DNA of 63,994 nucleotides, counting the filler, from Dimargaris cristalligena (taxonomy: Eukaryota), in NCBI GenBank assembly GCA_003614675.1. It is 10 parts of 10 records of this genome, joined end to end, with 100 filler letters (N's around TTAATTAATTAA, not from the genome) between each part and the next. Parts side by side here need not be neighbours in the genome. Positions count along the whole stretch, not along the records: positions 45,058 to 51,366 come from ML003536.1; positions 51,467 to 57,771 come from ML003537.1; 8 more parts are not named here. One strand, written 5' to 3'. Below are positions 45,261 through 57,871 of this stretch, piece by piece. The translations under genes were made by a program, and so were the position numbers. Within the stretch, counting starts at the first letter, position 1; each line of letters opens with the position of its first letter. Below the pieces are notes generated by a model. That model worked only from the letters and a program-made list of their open reading frames with translations. It made no database searches and was not told the origin of the DNA.

Positions 45261-45920
45261 CCTGTGGCAATCAAGGGGACACTCCACCTTGCCACACTGG
45301 CTGCCACAACTTCAGGCCATATTGACAAGGAGGCCACTGCCTCCTTGTGAATCCTGAAGGCTGTCAACAATTGGCCGGATGTCCCGGGTAGTACAACTAC
45401 ACCCCCACTGGTCCTATACTACTACAATTCCTACAAGGCCACCTAACATCATGTCTTGATATTTTCATTTGCTAACCTCTCCACCCATTTGAAGGGACTC
45501 ACACAGCACACCATGGCATTCCTAATGGAAGCCAACCCCCTCAACCGGCCATGGATCGACCACTGGCTGGTGGAGCTCTACGAATCTGGAGCCATTATCA
45601 ACTCTTACATCTTTGACTGGTCTTTGGCTGACACAACACCCCAGGTCATGGGCCCCAATTGGCTTGAATTGCACAATAGCACCTGTACCTAAGTGGCCAA
45701 AATACGGTTAATTACTATTTTCTATGACTTCACTTCTGTGGCCCTTTTCTTGGTTTGCCCAAAGAATTGCTTTACCCCCTTTTCAAGGGTTCTGCTTTTT
45801 AAAGATCAGGATGAGGTGGATGAGCTGGCATGGAAGTGGGGAACTTTAGTATTTGATATTCCTAAATTCCGCCTATTCTTGAATTGCACAATGCTTTATG
45901 AGATTGCTGCAGGATATTAA
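45261..45920 (+). pseudogene. Decayed ORF of about 220 codons with three in-frame stops, family unknown
   Basis: One frame continues through TGA 45348, TAA 45444 and TAA 45690; ORF-track entries 45456-45692 and 45693-45920 abut in the same frame; CpG-poor. Confidence 0.5.
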
Positions 45921-48900
45921 ATGTCGTAACCATTACAAAAGCAGCTCATGTGTCTATCAAATTATATTCTTGGAGATTCTCCCATCATAAAGAGAATTAT
46001 ATCCCAACTCTCTTTACAGTCAATAGTTATACAATAAAACACATAGCAGAGTGTATTCCACATAACTCTAGCAGTTTTCTTTACTTTCATTCACTTTGAT
46101 ACACTAAGGCTTTGCATTGTCATATATCCATTCATTCTACCATAGGTCGTGTAGGGTTAGATATCTGAAAAAACTGTTACGCTCAGGCCGGACAGGGCCA
46201 GGAAATACCACAATTGCCGAGTTGGGGATTGAGATGGAATGTGCGGGTTTTTTTTAGATATATACAAGTTATATTTTAATCAGCCTTAGATTTGCCTGGG
46301 AGCATGTGTATGGTTTGTTATTTTATATCCTGGCTCTTTTTAATATGGCCGGTAAGGCGTGTAACTGCTTATTGCCCATCAGGTGGTGCTTTTCGTCGAA
46401 GGGGACATGCGACTTCTTCATCACTTGTGGAGCGGATCTTGTTGGGCGGCTGCACCTTGATAGTTCTCTAATTGGAAAACCACATAATTGAGGGGCCTTA
46501 ATCAAGACGATGATGGGCACATCACTACCAGCCAAATAGGGGTTCTGGGAATCATCCACGTGAACCCCGATGGGGGAGTTGGTGACCTTTGGGGTTGTCT
46601 CCATTCACATGTTTATCCACCCAACGTACCCTTCATGCACACAACGGGCAAATGTAATGGAGCAGACAGTTAATGTGGATGTCCCAAAAATATATAGCCA
46701 GTTGTGTTCCTGGTGCAATATACCCATGAAAACGCCGAATGCAAGGTGGGTATTGTACATGATGCCAAAATGACTTGATCAGATTCACAGACACCATACA
46801 GTAGGGCAGCTTCGAACCGGGAATCACCCCCAGACTTGTCCCACGAATCCTTAAATGAAGCCGGCTTCCAACCTAGGTGCTGAAATTGCAATTTTAGGGG
46901 GTAGTAAGGAACACCATTCATTAAGATCAGCGAGGCCGCGGGGCTGGAGATTTGCATTACAGTGGCCCTGGGACACACTCCACAGATTGTCACACCTCCG
47001 AATTGGTCACACAGCGGCGTTCTTGCCTATTTGGTTAGTCAATTGCGAAAGTAAAAATAATAAAGAGTGAATAATGAGGCCAAATAAGAGTGCACTCCCA
47101 AGTGGATACTTCAAACCCGTGGCGATTCTGGGCAAGCTAAAGTGACGACGTGGGGGTGGGGGTCTGGCAGAGCCAAAACAAAACTGGCTGGAAAAAAAGA
47201 ATTGCGATGTCAGTTGTCTCACCGCGCGGACCGCAAATGGTAACAAAATGTTTTAATGCCTGGGTTGTTTACCATGGTTTGGATCCCAGACGACCGCACG
47301 AGCTGAGGGAGTATGCTGATACCGCTTTAAATAGTGGGGAGTAACATATTATTGGGCATCAAAATAAGTTCTCAGTGTCAGCCGGTTGATATTATGGCAG
47401 TCTAATTACCAGAATCTGTCTAAATACGCACTTCAAGGGGGCTTAGTTCCCAGATTAACATACAATTACGGAATATGCACTCAAATAGAATGGAGACCTG
47501 CGACACAGAACCCTTCTAGTGTTACTGCAACCGCACGACGAACCCCCGGCCCGATCATCCCCCCCGTCACGTGACAGAACCCCGGCCGGGCCCCCAACGA
47601 GCGAAGCAAGCGCGATAAGCGCCGGAGCCGAAAACCTTAATCGAACCAAAATTATAAATTAAACGGATTGACCCGGAATTCGGGAAAAAGGTGTGTTTCA
47701 ATAAAATAATTAACTTTATTACTAAATTCTACAATTACCCTAATTAAGGAATCGTTCGAGTTCCCCTATCCCGCCTCGGATCCGAGCACGACTGGTAATA
47801 CCCACGGTCCGCCGCGACCCCGTTACATTACCAATACCCTTGACACCTACATCTTTGTGAGGTTTATAACGGTTGGCGTGCGGTTAAACAATACAGAACC
47901 TAAAATGTCACCCTTTTGAGAACATCATTGAAATTAACGTGTGGGAAACCCAGTTGTCAATCAATTACAGTGACTGATCGACAAATGATTTCAGATTCTA
48001 GAACTGACCTCGAATCCCCATAATCCCTCGCACCACACCACCCGTTACAGTTTTATGGAGCTGAGAAATTTTAACTTCGTAGTGGACTAAAGTCAGGAGA
48101 TGACTAATTGACCGTCCCGTTTTGATTCGGATCGTCCTGAGAAACTTCCTGAGAGTAGGACAAAGTAGCAAATGCGGTAATTTACACCACCAACTCCAGA
48201 TTTGGGGGGTTTGAATATTCAAATAATAATTCTACCCGCCCTAAATTCCCAAATTATACCTATGAAAAGGGATAGATGAACTATGGCTGTAAGCCAGAGT
48301 GATGAAACTCGGCTACTCATCCCATTCTGAATTACAATTTGCTACCAGAACTCAACCAATGACCCCAGCACCGATTGCCAGCGTCAATTCATTTAGTGTA
48401 TCAGGTCAGGTGGTCATTCGGCCAGGGTTATTGTCACTAGGGGGTACAACAGTCATGCAACTTCGGATTGCTGAACGACGTGGCAAGTCAAGAGTACCTC
48501 AAGCCTGCAAGCGCATCCCTTGCCTAGAGTAAAACGACTCTTATAGTGCTGATCATCCGCATGGGCTATGGGGCTAGTAAATCTGTTGACTGAGTCCATA
48601 TTGAGTATTTCAAAAATACAAACAGCCAAGGCGAGTAGCTCAATAAGGAAGGTCGAAAGTGGATCTAATGAACTAAAGTCAAGTAATAACATAGTCCCGC
48701 TTCAGTTCAGGTTGATTTCCTCTTCCTAATGCGGCAGTGGTTTTGCGGCTACTTAGCCAGACCTGAGCAGCACCTTGGGTTGGAGAGCGACCTATTAGGT
48801 TAAGACTTGCCAGATGGTGGCAACCCAGTTTGCTACAAATATCGGTATTCCGCACTCCAATTCAGACCATCATCAACTACAGCACTTTTCCCCCCATCCT

Positions 48901-48963
48901 CCCAAGAACCATTCTACTACTACTCTCCATTCCACCCCCTCTTACCCAACAGCCCCCGTCAAC

Positions 48964-49155
48964 ATGGCTTCCCTCCGCTTTGTCGCCATCACTCTCCTGG
49001 CTGTCGCCTTCGTCGCTGTCCAGGCCCACCCCGTTCAAGACGATCTTCCCGACCTGTCCAAGCGCCAAATGGAAGGTGGTCCCGGTGAAGATGGTAATGG
49101 TACTGGTCCCGGCTGGGGCTCCTGCTGGAACGGCAGCTGGTGGGTCGCTTGCTAA
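48964..49155 (+). CDS. Small secreted peptide precursor (63 aa): signal, acidic pro-region, KR, Trp-rich 2-Cys peptide
   Basis: MASLRFVAITLLAVAFVAVQA|HPVQDDLPDLSKR|QMEGGPGEDGNGTGPGWGSCWNGSWWVAC; C/T-ending codon bias as in RACK1; AATAAA near 49390. Confidence 0.85.
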   Translation: MASLRFVAITLLAVAFVAVQAHPVQDDLPDLSKRQMEGGPGEDGNGTGPGWGSCWNGSWWVAC

Positions 49156-50226
49156 ACCAGTTGGTGGCTACTAAATGGCTACTGGTGATGTTTTTACCCT
49201 AGCCCCCCACATGAGCTTCGTACTCCACCGCCGACCATACAGCTTTTGTGCTTCACCTGACATGTCAAGTTTGACACTGTATATTTCACCTGCTTACCCG
49301 CGCTTCTCACTGGCAACCGACTTTGTATTTTGTTAAGCGCCATTCGCTTCCATCAACCTGGCCAACTGTTTTCTAGTACACACTCCCCTAATAAACTCCA
49401 ACTCTGTAACTTACGTTGGGCCCCCTGTATTTGGAGATATCTGGAATGCTACTACCTCATTATTGATAGCCGGGTAGTCCGCGGATGACAGCCGTGGGAA
49501 TATCCCGCATTCCAAAAAAATGCACCATGTTTATTCAGGAAGGCAAAAAGGTGATCAAGTCCATTACTAGGGGCAGTGCTGGGTAACCTAAAGACAGTAC
49601 TCCGCGACGCTAACCTCCACTAACACTGATGATTTGTTGTCTATCTCACAATAACTGTTCTATTATTGGTCGATACCATGTGCTCAATAAATCCTATACA
49701 GGCCTATTAATGTTTCTGTTTGTTGGTCCACATTATCCTCCAGCTATCTTAGCATTCCCGTAAGGCGGTGTTCACTGGTAAGAACCATAGTGTATCATTT
49801 TCAAACGAATGGTACTGTCTCTAACAAAGGTTGCTCAGATTTAACCTGAGGTCATCTAAGGCACCCGCCCCCCTCTTCCCCATACATGACTTAGATGTGG
49901 ATATGTCAAATATCTCACAATTAATGGAATGCCGACTGAAGCATACTACCTTATAAAACCCATCCATTATTTTTTGGACCGATTGGTGCCTAAGCCTCCA
50001 GAACATGACCATTGGAACAGGTGCTGAAAGTCAATTGCCACACTCACTAGCACCACTTTCTACCCTACAGAAACAAATTAGACAGCGTAGATTAAACAGC
50101 CTGTTTATGGTTCAAGATAGTCAGGTAAAACATTTGACTTATTGTATCCAGCACAACAACTGACATTGGTAAATAAATACCCATTCATTTAATATAGTCT
50201 AAGGTAATATTTGTTTTGAAATCATT

Positions 50227-50559
50227 TTACCAGAACTGCTCTAATGGCACCCTAGTTCCTACTCGCTTTACCAATTGTTGGATTAGGTGTTCAAAATCAG
50301 AGTGGATGGCTTCACGGGCTATTCTTTGCTGAGTGTTACCACTATTCCCTATTACATTGTTGCCATCATAGCTGTGTGATCCCCTTTCTAGGGTATAGTC
50401 ATTGATGATATTCCTAGACCCATAGTTAGATTCAGAGGTGCCATAGAGTTTGCCAGTATGGACATTGTACTCAGGGGCCCAAGAGTTAAACACTAGTCAA
50501 GCATGGCCAACCACCAGTAGTGCAACAAGAATCATCCAAATGGCTACCAAAAATTTCAT
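50227..50559 (-). pseudogene. Secreted peptide precursor pseudogene ('VGHARP' family), nonsense codon at position 21
   Basis: MKFLVAIWMILVALLVVGHA*LVFNSWAPEY...HLIQQLVKRVGTRVPLEQFW; TGA at 50499-50497 sits where the paralog at 59242 has Arg. Confidence 0.7.
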
Positions 50560-50692
50560 GTTGATGGTGGGTCTTGCCAGGTGGAGTAATGGAAGTAGGG
50601 GTAGGTAGTTGCAGAATGTTACTATATTAATGGACTTACAGCTAAGTAGAACCAAAATTATTGAATGGATAATTGAGAGGAAGTGTGGACAC

Positions 50693-50990
50693 TGTCAGCC
50701 CTTCTAATCCAGCTTAATCTGGACATAATGATGGACTGGCTATATTAGGCTGTATAGTGCCATATTTACCTTACCATATTATATAACCCTTCCCTTTCCA
50801 GACCTTGGAGTTCCATCAATCACTCCTGGGCTGATCTAATGGCTCTTCCAGCTCCCAGCTGAGTCTTCCATACCCTCTACTATCTGGTTAGCTAGTTTAT
50901 CCTTAGTAGTCTTAGTAGTACCTTCCTCTGGGGACCTCCCTTTGGAGCTGTCCCCCATGTATATATAACTGGCCCCCCATTGGGACCAGT
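50693..50990 (+). mobile_element. Degenerate solo-LTR-like repeat, family B copy 3 (partial)
   Basis: TGTCAGCCCTTCTAATCCAGCTTAATCTGGAC...GGGACCTCCCTTTGGAGCTGTCCCCATGTATATATAAC; homologous to 13454-13830. Confidence 0.65.
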
Positions 50991-51058
50991 GTGGTAAGGT
51001 GTACTATTCCCCTATAAGCCACACTAATTATATTATTATTATTATTATTATTATGCAG

Positions 51059-51123
51059 GGTATGAAGTGGATTTTTTTCTGGTATAACCAGTTTTTTTCC
51101 CTTCCCCTTTAACCCATTCTTTC
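51059..51123. repeat. Right arm of the inverted repeat pair of contig 8
   Basis: Reverse complement of 45156-45221; preceded by a (TAT)n tract at about 51030-51054. Confidence 0.85.
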
Positions 51124-51366
51124 TGTAAAGAGCTGAAATCAAATCCTTAAAAACTGAACTTTATTTGAAAAATAGATAATAGAAAGGGAAAGGTAATGAT
51201 AGACTTGCTATTCCAAGTGGTGGCAGTAAGGGGGAGTATTTATACTCGAAAAAGGAAACCTAAATGAAAAGATAGATGAATAATAAATAAAGGGAGAGAA
51301 GGTCCCAGAATATTGGATGACTAAGCAGAGGGAAAGGGAAGGGAGTTCCCAGACAATCATATTAGT

Positions 51367-51466
51367 NNNNNNNNNNNNNNNNNNNNNNNNNNNNNNNNNN
51401 NNNNNNNNNNTTAATTAATTAANNNNNNNNNNNNNNNNNNNNNNNNNNNNNNNNNNNNNNNNNNNN
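51367..51466. other. Artificial contig linker
   Basis: N/TTAATTAATTAA/N, 100 nt. Confidence 0.99.
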
Positions 51467-54400
51467 AGGTTTTGTGCAAATCCAATTCTCTTTTACATGG
51501 CGTTCTAGCGCGTTAGGGGGGTACATAGAGCGGCTTTTACTGCCTCACTTTGCTTAATCCATTCCCGTGTCCCCAGAAATAGCCGCCCCAATGACTGCGT
51601 CTTGCTTGGTGGTGTGTATACTACTCATCTCGACATTTAACCGGCCACCTATAGCATCCACTCGCCTAACTTCTAATTGCAAGTCTCTCCCTAAGCCTCG
51701 GCCGTAACACGACTATGAACCAGCTCCATCACCAGGTGTGCCAGGGTGAAGACGCCTAAGGAACCATGGTTTTAGGATAGGCCCTTTTAAAGTCGCTAAA
51801 GCCTCCTATTTTTTTTAAGTGAACGACAATATGGCCCTTCTCTCTAAATTGGACACTACAGACTCCCTCACTTAGCTAGTCAGGTAGGTTGCCATGGTAT
51901 GATTGAACTGCCAATGCGACATCCGGTTGTGATGGTAACACGCTTATCACTGCAAGAAAAACTACTGGTTGTAATTATGACCCCCCCCCCTTAATTGCCG
52001 CATACTTGCATGGTGCCTTGGAATTCATAAGTAAAAATGATAGCCCTCTGGACACCCACCTCCGATGCCCTTTACTAATAATCAACTTCCAGTGGATTCA
52101 ATAGCTCAGTGGATTCTTTTGTAGAAGTGCATCGAACTATTATAAATAGAGATATCACTTCAGCTCGGCCAATCTAGACTCCAGGCCTGGAACATTCAAT
52201 CCCCAAACTGATTAATCGCAATTCAATTGCGATGGTGTCGGACACGGTAGTGGCACCGGTATAGCAGGGAGACTAGATGAATTAATAGAACCTCGGACTG
52301 TAATGCGGAATTACTTGTCGATGGCATTCGGTGTGCTCCGTAGCTGGGAGTAGCCCAAGTAGTGGTGTATTTGGATACTCCGTTGAGAAGCTGGTGATTC
52401 AAAATAAGTACTCAGGTTTGGATGGCCTATTTGGCTACCCAAATCCCCTATGGATTTACCGTTAAGACGCCCCTCGCCGTTATATGAGACCCATATACGT
52501 ATTTTTTACCAAATCTCCTTGAAACCGGCCGTCCGTATCTGACAGTTACATATAATCTGTTTATAAAATTTTGACATTTAAGTGTCCCATGCTGAGGCAT
52601 ACCCTTTACATATTAAGATCTCCCTCCTGCTGCTACTAAAATTGGCGCTCATGGATGTCTCTTGATTTATAGATGCCTAGCTAGTAGACTTAAATGCTGC
52701 AAATAGTAATGTTCGGTCTTTGTATTGCATCCGGCATTCAAGTTTGGTAATGTCTATTGGCAAATTCGGTACACTTACATGAGTGCACCAGGGATTGTTG
52801 GATTCCGGTCTTCAAAGAGGAGCGACTAGGCTACAGGGCTGGGTAGAGTGATGTAGTCGGAAAGATGGAAACTATTTACTGATTAGGGTACGTTGACCTG
52901 CAATATTTATTTAGCAGTCTTAAATAAGCAATGTGCAGGTTCAAAATCAAGAAGGCTGATATGTAGGTATTGCGGTGGCCAATTACCCCACCACTGTATC
53001 AGAGTATACGCAGGTAGGATTCCTAATAATACAGCACCAGGAGACATTTTCTCGGTAATTTATTGAAAGTGTTACACAGTAATAGAGGGGTACCTATAAT
53101 GCGATGGTACTAATTAGAGATGGATATGTAAGGACTGGTTGAAATGATCTAGATAGATATAACCCACGGGGTTTGCAGCTGTGATTTGGGGAGAGTATTC
53201 GTATGTAGGGCAATGTCAAAAGACCATCCTAGAAAAGAAGGGGCAGCTCCAGAAGGCATTGAATGGGGACCAGAAGAGTCTTCAGAGCAACTGTGAATAT
53301 TCAGTAGTGAAGAACTTTAAGGGCTGGCTGTGGGTAGATATGCTATTGGCATAACACTGGGCACTACTATAGGAAAAGTGCTAGGGCATAATATTACCTT
53401 GTTTGGGAGATGATTGAGGCAAGGGGCCTTGGTTGTGATAGCGTGTATTATCATGCACAACAGTGATTCTTACTGCCCAGGATTTTCATGAATTACCCTG
53501 GGCGGTGCGCCAGATATCCCCTCCTGCATCAAGTTTAATCATATCACCTCCCCAGCCTTATTAAGGACTCGCGGAAAGTTATGGAAGACAAAACCAAATA
53601 GGGCCAATAAGAGGCCCAATAGGTATTTTTAGGGTATCTACATTCCAGTCTGATGTGCCTTAAAATAACTAGTTTGCCAAGTATTTAATAGGGGTTATTT
53701 TCAATATAGCCACGCACTAGTGTACATTAGTATAAGGCCCGACAGGTTAGTATTTATTGGGTAGATTGGAAGACTAATAACAGAATATTGTCGAATCAGC
53801 GTAACGGGGGGAAGGGGTTTTAAACAGCCAAATTTCATCATCAGAGGGGGGTAGAGAAGGGAAAGTATGTAGGAGGGAGAAGGAATGTACAAATCATAAT
53901 ATCGTAAAATATGAAGCATGGGGGGAATCGTCTATAAAAATATGTATATGTAGAAGTTTCGAAGGAGGAAGTGTGCGGAAGCAGCAAACATTTACGAGTG
54001 GCCGGCCAAGTAGGGTTAAAGAAACGGAGAGGGAAATATCCGCGGTATATGATAAGGGATTGCCAAGGGAATTGACATCCCCCCATTTTACTGACACTAT
54101 AGTCTTGCCCCAATTTGGGATCGATTTATCATCGCCCCAGGAAAACGAATAACCACAGGTATTTGATTAATACATTGGTTAGAATGGGGCCGGCCCACAC
54201 CAATTCCCCGAAGCGTTCTAAAGAGGTATCTGTGTTGGCGATGGGAGGAGGGCTAAGTGTCCACGAAAAAAAAACTGGCAAAAAACAACAACAACCAATG
54301 CCAACTTGAGATCAGCAAAAACGAAAGGAATAATATAAATAGCGCTACTAAAGAATACAGGGGTCGAGGATGTGGTACATAACTTGGGCAGTACGAAGAG

Positions 54401-54503
54401 CACCCCCCCAAAAAAGACTACAAGAAGGAGAAAAACGGCAAGCGCACCGGTAGGAACCTGCCCTCCGTTGCACGAGTTAAAAACAGCAGGGGGGGTAGTG
54501 GAT

Positions 54504-55055
54504 TTACCACACCTCGTACGAGGACCGCCAAGACCGCTTGGGGGGCTGGATGTAGTTATCGGTGCCCAGCTTGTAGTCAGCCAAGCTCCATGCGGAGTGC
54601 TTGGTGTGGAGGGCGGGAATAACGGTATCCTGGGTGCATGCGTCGTTGAGCGAGGTCTGGGAGGCATTAATGGCGTCAAAGCGGTGCAGCGGGGAAACCA
54701 ACGGGGAGGAAGGGGAAGGTTTGCGGACAATGTGGCTACTGTCACGGGGAGGGAGCAGCGGAGAGCTGGTGGTGCGGAGGAGGGGAAACGGCTGGAAGAG
54801 GGAGGAGGAGTAGCCCTCTTCCGCACCCATTAGCATGTTGTGCTGGCCCTGCGGGTGGGCAGCGGAGACCAGTTTAGGCGGGCTGGTAAGGGTAGTGGAG
54901 GAGGACTGGGTCATGTACGGGCCGTCCTCCCGGACGGTGGGAAGGGAGGAGGACGGGAAGCGGGACGGGAGGGTGGTCGACGGGGAGTTGGTGGAGTTGC
55001 GCCGGAGACTAGCGGCGTCGGACTTCTTGCGACGGGGCATAAAGCAGCTGATCAT
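54504..55055 (-). CDS. Uncharacterised Ser/Pro-rich disordered protein (183 aa)
   Basis: gccATG context, pyrimidine-rich leader, MISCFMPRRKKS start (possible lipidated Cys plus basic patch); divergent from CDC73. Confidence 0.6.
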   Translation of the reverse strand: MISCFMPRRKKSDAASLRRNSTNSPSTTLPSRFPSSSLPTVREDGPYMTQSSSTTLTSPPKLVSAAHPQGQHNMLMGAEEGYSSSLFQPFPLLRTTSSPLLPPRDSSHIVRKPSPSSPLVSPLHRFDAINASQTSLNDACTQDTVIPALHTKHSAWSLADYKLGTDNYIQPPKRSWRSSYEVW

Positions 55056-55692
55056 GGCAGGCGACGGACTGTGGTGAGTTAGGGAGGCTGGGCAAGGCGC
55101 AGCGGGAGGGAAGCGACTCAGACGCAGATGGGGGAAGGCAGTAAGTAGGAGTAGAATGCGACACGGTTAGTAATGGAATAAGGAATAATAAGAGGAATAG
55201 GAAATAAGGGATAAGGGAGGGACAGAGGAGGGTTTACTAGCAACCGACTACCCTACTGGGAGGAACTTAAGGAGAGAGCATTAAATGCTTCTTGATAAAC
55301 ACTGGCCCCGTGCACTCTTGAGCAATTCTCACTCATCCTGATATATGCGACGAAGCTGTGGTATCTTTTTTCCCAAGCCAGGGTTGACATTCGGTCCCAC
55401 GCATTCAGGCCCCGAGGGGCTGATAAAGGAGGGAGGGGTGAGCAATATAATACCAATACCAATACTAACTCTATAACAGGCCGCTGTTGCATAAGTTCGC
55501 GCATATAGACTGCAAGGCAACATACGGCTACCAGAGCAGTAGGACTCGGCCAATTGGATAGCTCTTCTTACCATTGTTTCGCGTTACTTCATCCCCTTTG
55601 GCCTTTTAGCACCTTCTCTCCCAGATTACCCCTCTTTCCTCCCCAGTCGCCTTCGCATCATCCCCGCTAGTCGCTGACGTATATTACCTGCC

Positions 55693-57692
55693 ATGGACCA
55701 CCGCGATCCCCTGGTCATTCTACGTGATCATATCATTCACAGCAAACCCATTACCTTTTTGGGCCCCGCCGGTGAGAAACTGCCCAGTCTGGTCTCCGCA
55801 ACCCACATCCGCTTCACCGACTCCGATGGCGCACCTCTTCAATTCGAACGCCACACTCCAACCGCCTACAAAATCACCGGTCACAATGCCGACTTTTACC
55901 CCCTCGACTCGCTTGTGTTTCTCGGCCTCAACTACAAGCTCGGATATGGTGCCCTTCTCCGTGAGGGCTCTGCTGCCGGTGTGACGCCCGTCACCTACAT
56001 CGACATGAAGCATGTCCAGAACTACCTGACTGGTGTAGTGGAAACAACCGATAACGTGGTCACGCGTAAGTATAACCACCCCGCTGCCACCAAATACCCA
56101 TTTTTAAAACGGAGAGTATTTGAGGTGCTCTGCTCAACCGGGCATCATGAGCTCTTCTCTAGCTATCGATTCCTAACTTATTTTGCCTTAGTATTTCCAA
56201 TAACCACCCCCTTAATCCAAAACTGCTCCGATATTACTCAGAAAAACCCTCAGTCCCCGTGGATTCCGAAGCCCCCACACCCAGTCTTGCTACCAAATCC
56301 CACTATACCCCCCACTATTCCTCCATCAAGAGCGTTAATGTAGGTCTGGTGTGCTAGTCATCCCCTTATCTGTAATATACTCGGCTCAGCCTTTACCGCC
56401 AACCTTTACGGTTCCGGTCGCTTTAAATACCAACTAGCCAGTCCCATCCCTTCGATATTAATTCGACCTTTTTGTTGGTATTTTTTCTATTGAACCTGCT
56501 TCCTTCTTCAGGCGGATAAAGAACAGGTCGAACTAATCCACAGTCAAGAGCGCAATGTTGGTGCCAAATATTCCTTTATGCACGGCAGCAAGGTAAAAAC
56601 CCCCACCACCTATTCCACCACTGATGTCTCTTATAGCCGACGTATCAAACTACCCTACGGCTATAGTGGTGTTGGATCCACTAGTTATTCCTGACCTTGC
56701 ACATGCTATCGTAACGCTACTCATACCCGGACCTATCTCCTGTATCGCCGTCTATCCTCACACACACACACACATACATACGCACACCAGGACCTGTCTG
56801 CGGTGGTCAATATCTACCACGGATGCTTCGCTTCAGAAGCCATCGATAGTCCCCACCGGACGATCAGGAGCTCCCAAGGCGCCCACCCATTATCCCAGCA
56901 CCCCCCTCGGGGATCCTCCCATCACCCGAATGGGCCCACTCCTGCCAAACTTCCCGCACGTATGCCACCCCCGTCTAAGCGAGCCCACCGGATACCCCTC
57001 ATCATTGTTCCCACCGCCGCCACTTCCCTTATTACCATGTACAACGTCCAAGAATTCCTCGAAAACCATACCTTTGTACCTAGCCAGCAAATACATGACC
57101 AAGGCGTGAAGAAACAGGCCCGAATCACTATTGAACGTACCCGGATTGGACAGCCCAAACCCTTGCTCTACCATGTCGTGGACTCAGTCGACAACTTCAA
57201 GCCAGACGACTGGGACCGGCTGGCTGCGGTATTCACGATGGGAGTCACATGGCAGTTCAAAAAATGGAAGTGGGATAACCCCCGCGAGCTGTTTAAGCAT
57301 GTCAAGGGATTTTACGTCAAAATGGCCGATGAAAACCCCAAGGACGCGGTCGCCTCATGGAACGTCGAAGTGATCAATGTAAGTACCCCCCCCTATTTCT
57401 ATATATAGTTCGCATGTTCATTCTTGCATTGTTTACAACACTGTGCTACTCTACGGCGGTTATTGTTGGGTAGTGGCTGCGTCCCCTTCCCCTCCACAGA
57501 TCTATTATAATTGGCAAAAATTACCACTGATAACAAAACATCTAACCGCCTATATTCTGACTCATGGCCGCCACTATTTTGATTTTATAGGTGGATCGGT
57601 CAAAGCGGCACAAGGACAAGGCAGTGGTTTCCCAACTGTGGAACTCATTGGATCAGTACATTGCCTCCACCAAACCCAATCTCGTCCAATAG
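55693..57692 (+). CDS. CDC73: Paf1 complex subunit Cdc73/parafibromin, five exons
   Basis: Exons 55693-56065, 56242-56339, 56512-56592, 56791-57378 and 57591-57692, in frame. Motifs DPLVILRDHI, FYPLDSLVF, IPLIIVPTAATSLITMYNVQEFLE, DWDRLAAVFTMGVTWQFKKWKW, WNVEVINVDRSKRHKD. The exon 2 acceptor is least certain. Confidence 0.93.
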
Positions 57693-57699
57693 TTTAACA

Positions 57700-57771
57700 T
57701 ATGGCAGATATTCATCCAGGCTGTATAACGAATAATCCATTTGATGAGGTAAATATTACTGGTCAAAAGTT
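57700..57771 (+). mobile_element. MITE family A, copy 4 (cut by contig end), starting 8 nt after the CDC73 stop
   Basis: TATGGCAGATATTCATCCAGGCTGTATAACGAATAATCCATTTGATGAGGTAAATATTACTGGTCAAAAGTT aligns with the first half of 63135-63276. Confidence 0.75.
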
Positions 57772-57871
57772 NNNNNNNNNNNNNNNNNNNNNNNNNNNNN
57801 NNNNNNNNNNNNNNNTTAATTAATTAANNNNNNNNNNNNNNNNNNNNNNNNNNNNNNNNNNNNNNNNNNNN
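57772..57871. other. Artificial contig linker
   Basis: N/TTAATTAATTAA/N, 100 nt. Confidence 0.99.

Noticed and set aside
46200-47250. Cluster of short ORFs on both strands
   Set aside because: No recognisable motif, splice pattern or codon bias; possibly decayed TE sequence but unsupported.
49066-49152. Lasso-peptide-like core (Gly-rich start, acidic residues, Trp-rich tail ending in Cys)
   Set aside because: The precursor has a eukaryotic signal peptide and Kex2 site, and no lasso B/C maturation genes are on the contig.
54218-54833. Overlapping 202-aa and 153-aa ORFs
   Set aside because: Alternative frames of the GC-rich 54504-55055 gene with non-ATG starts.
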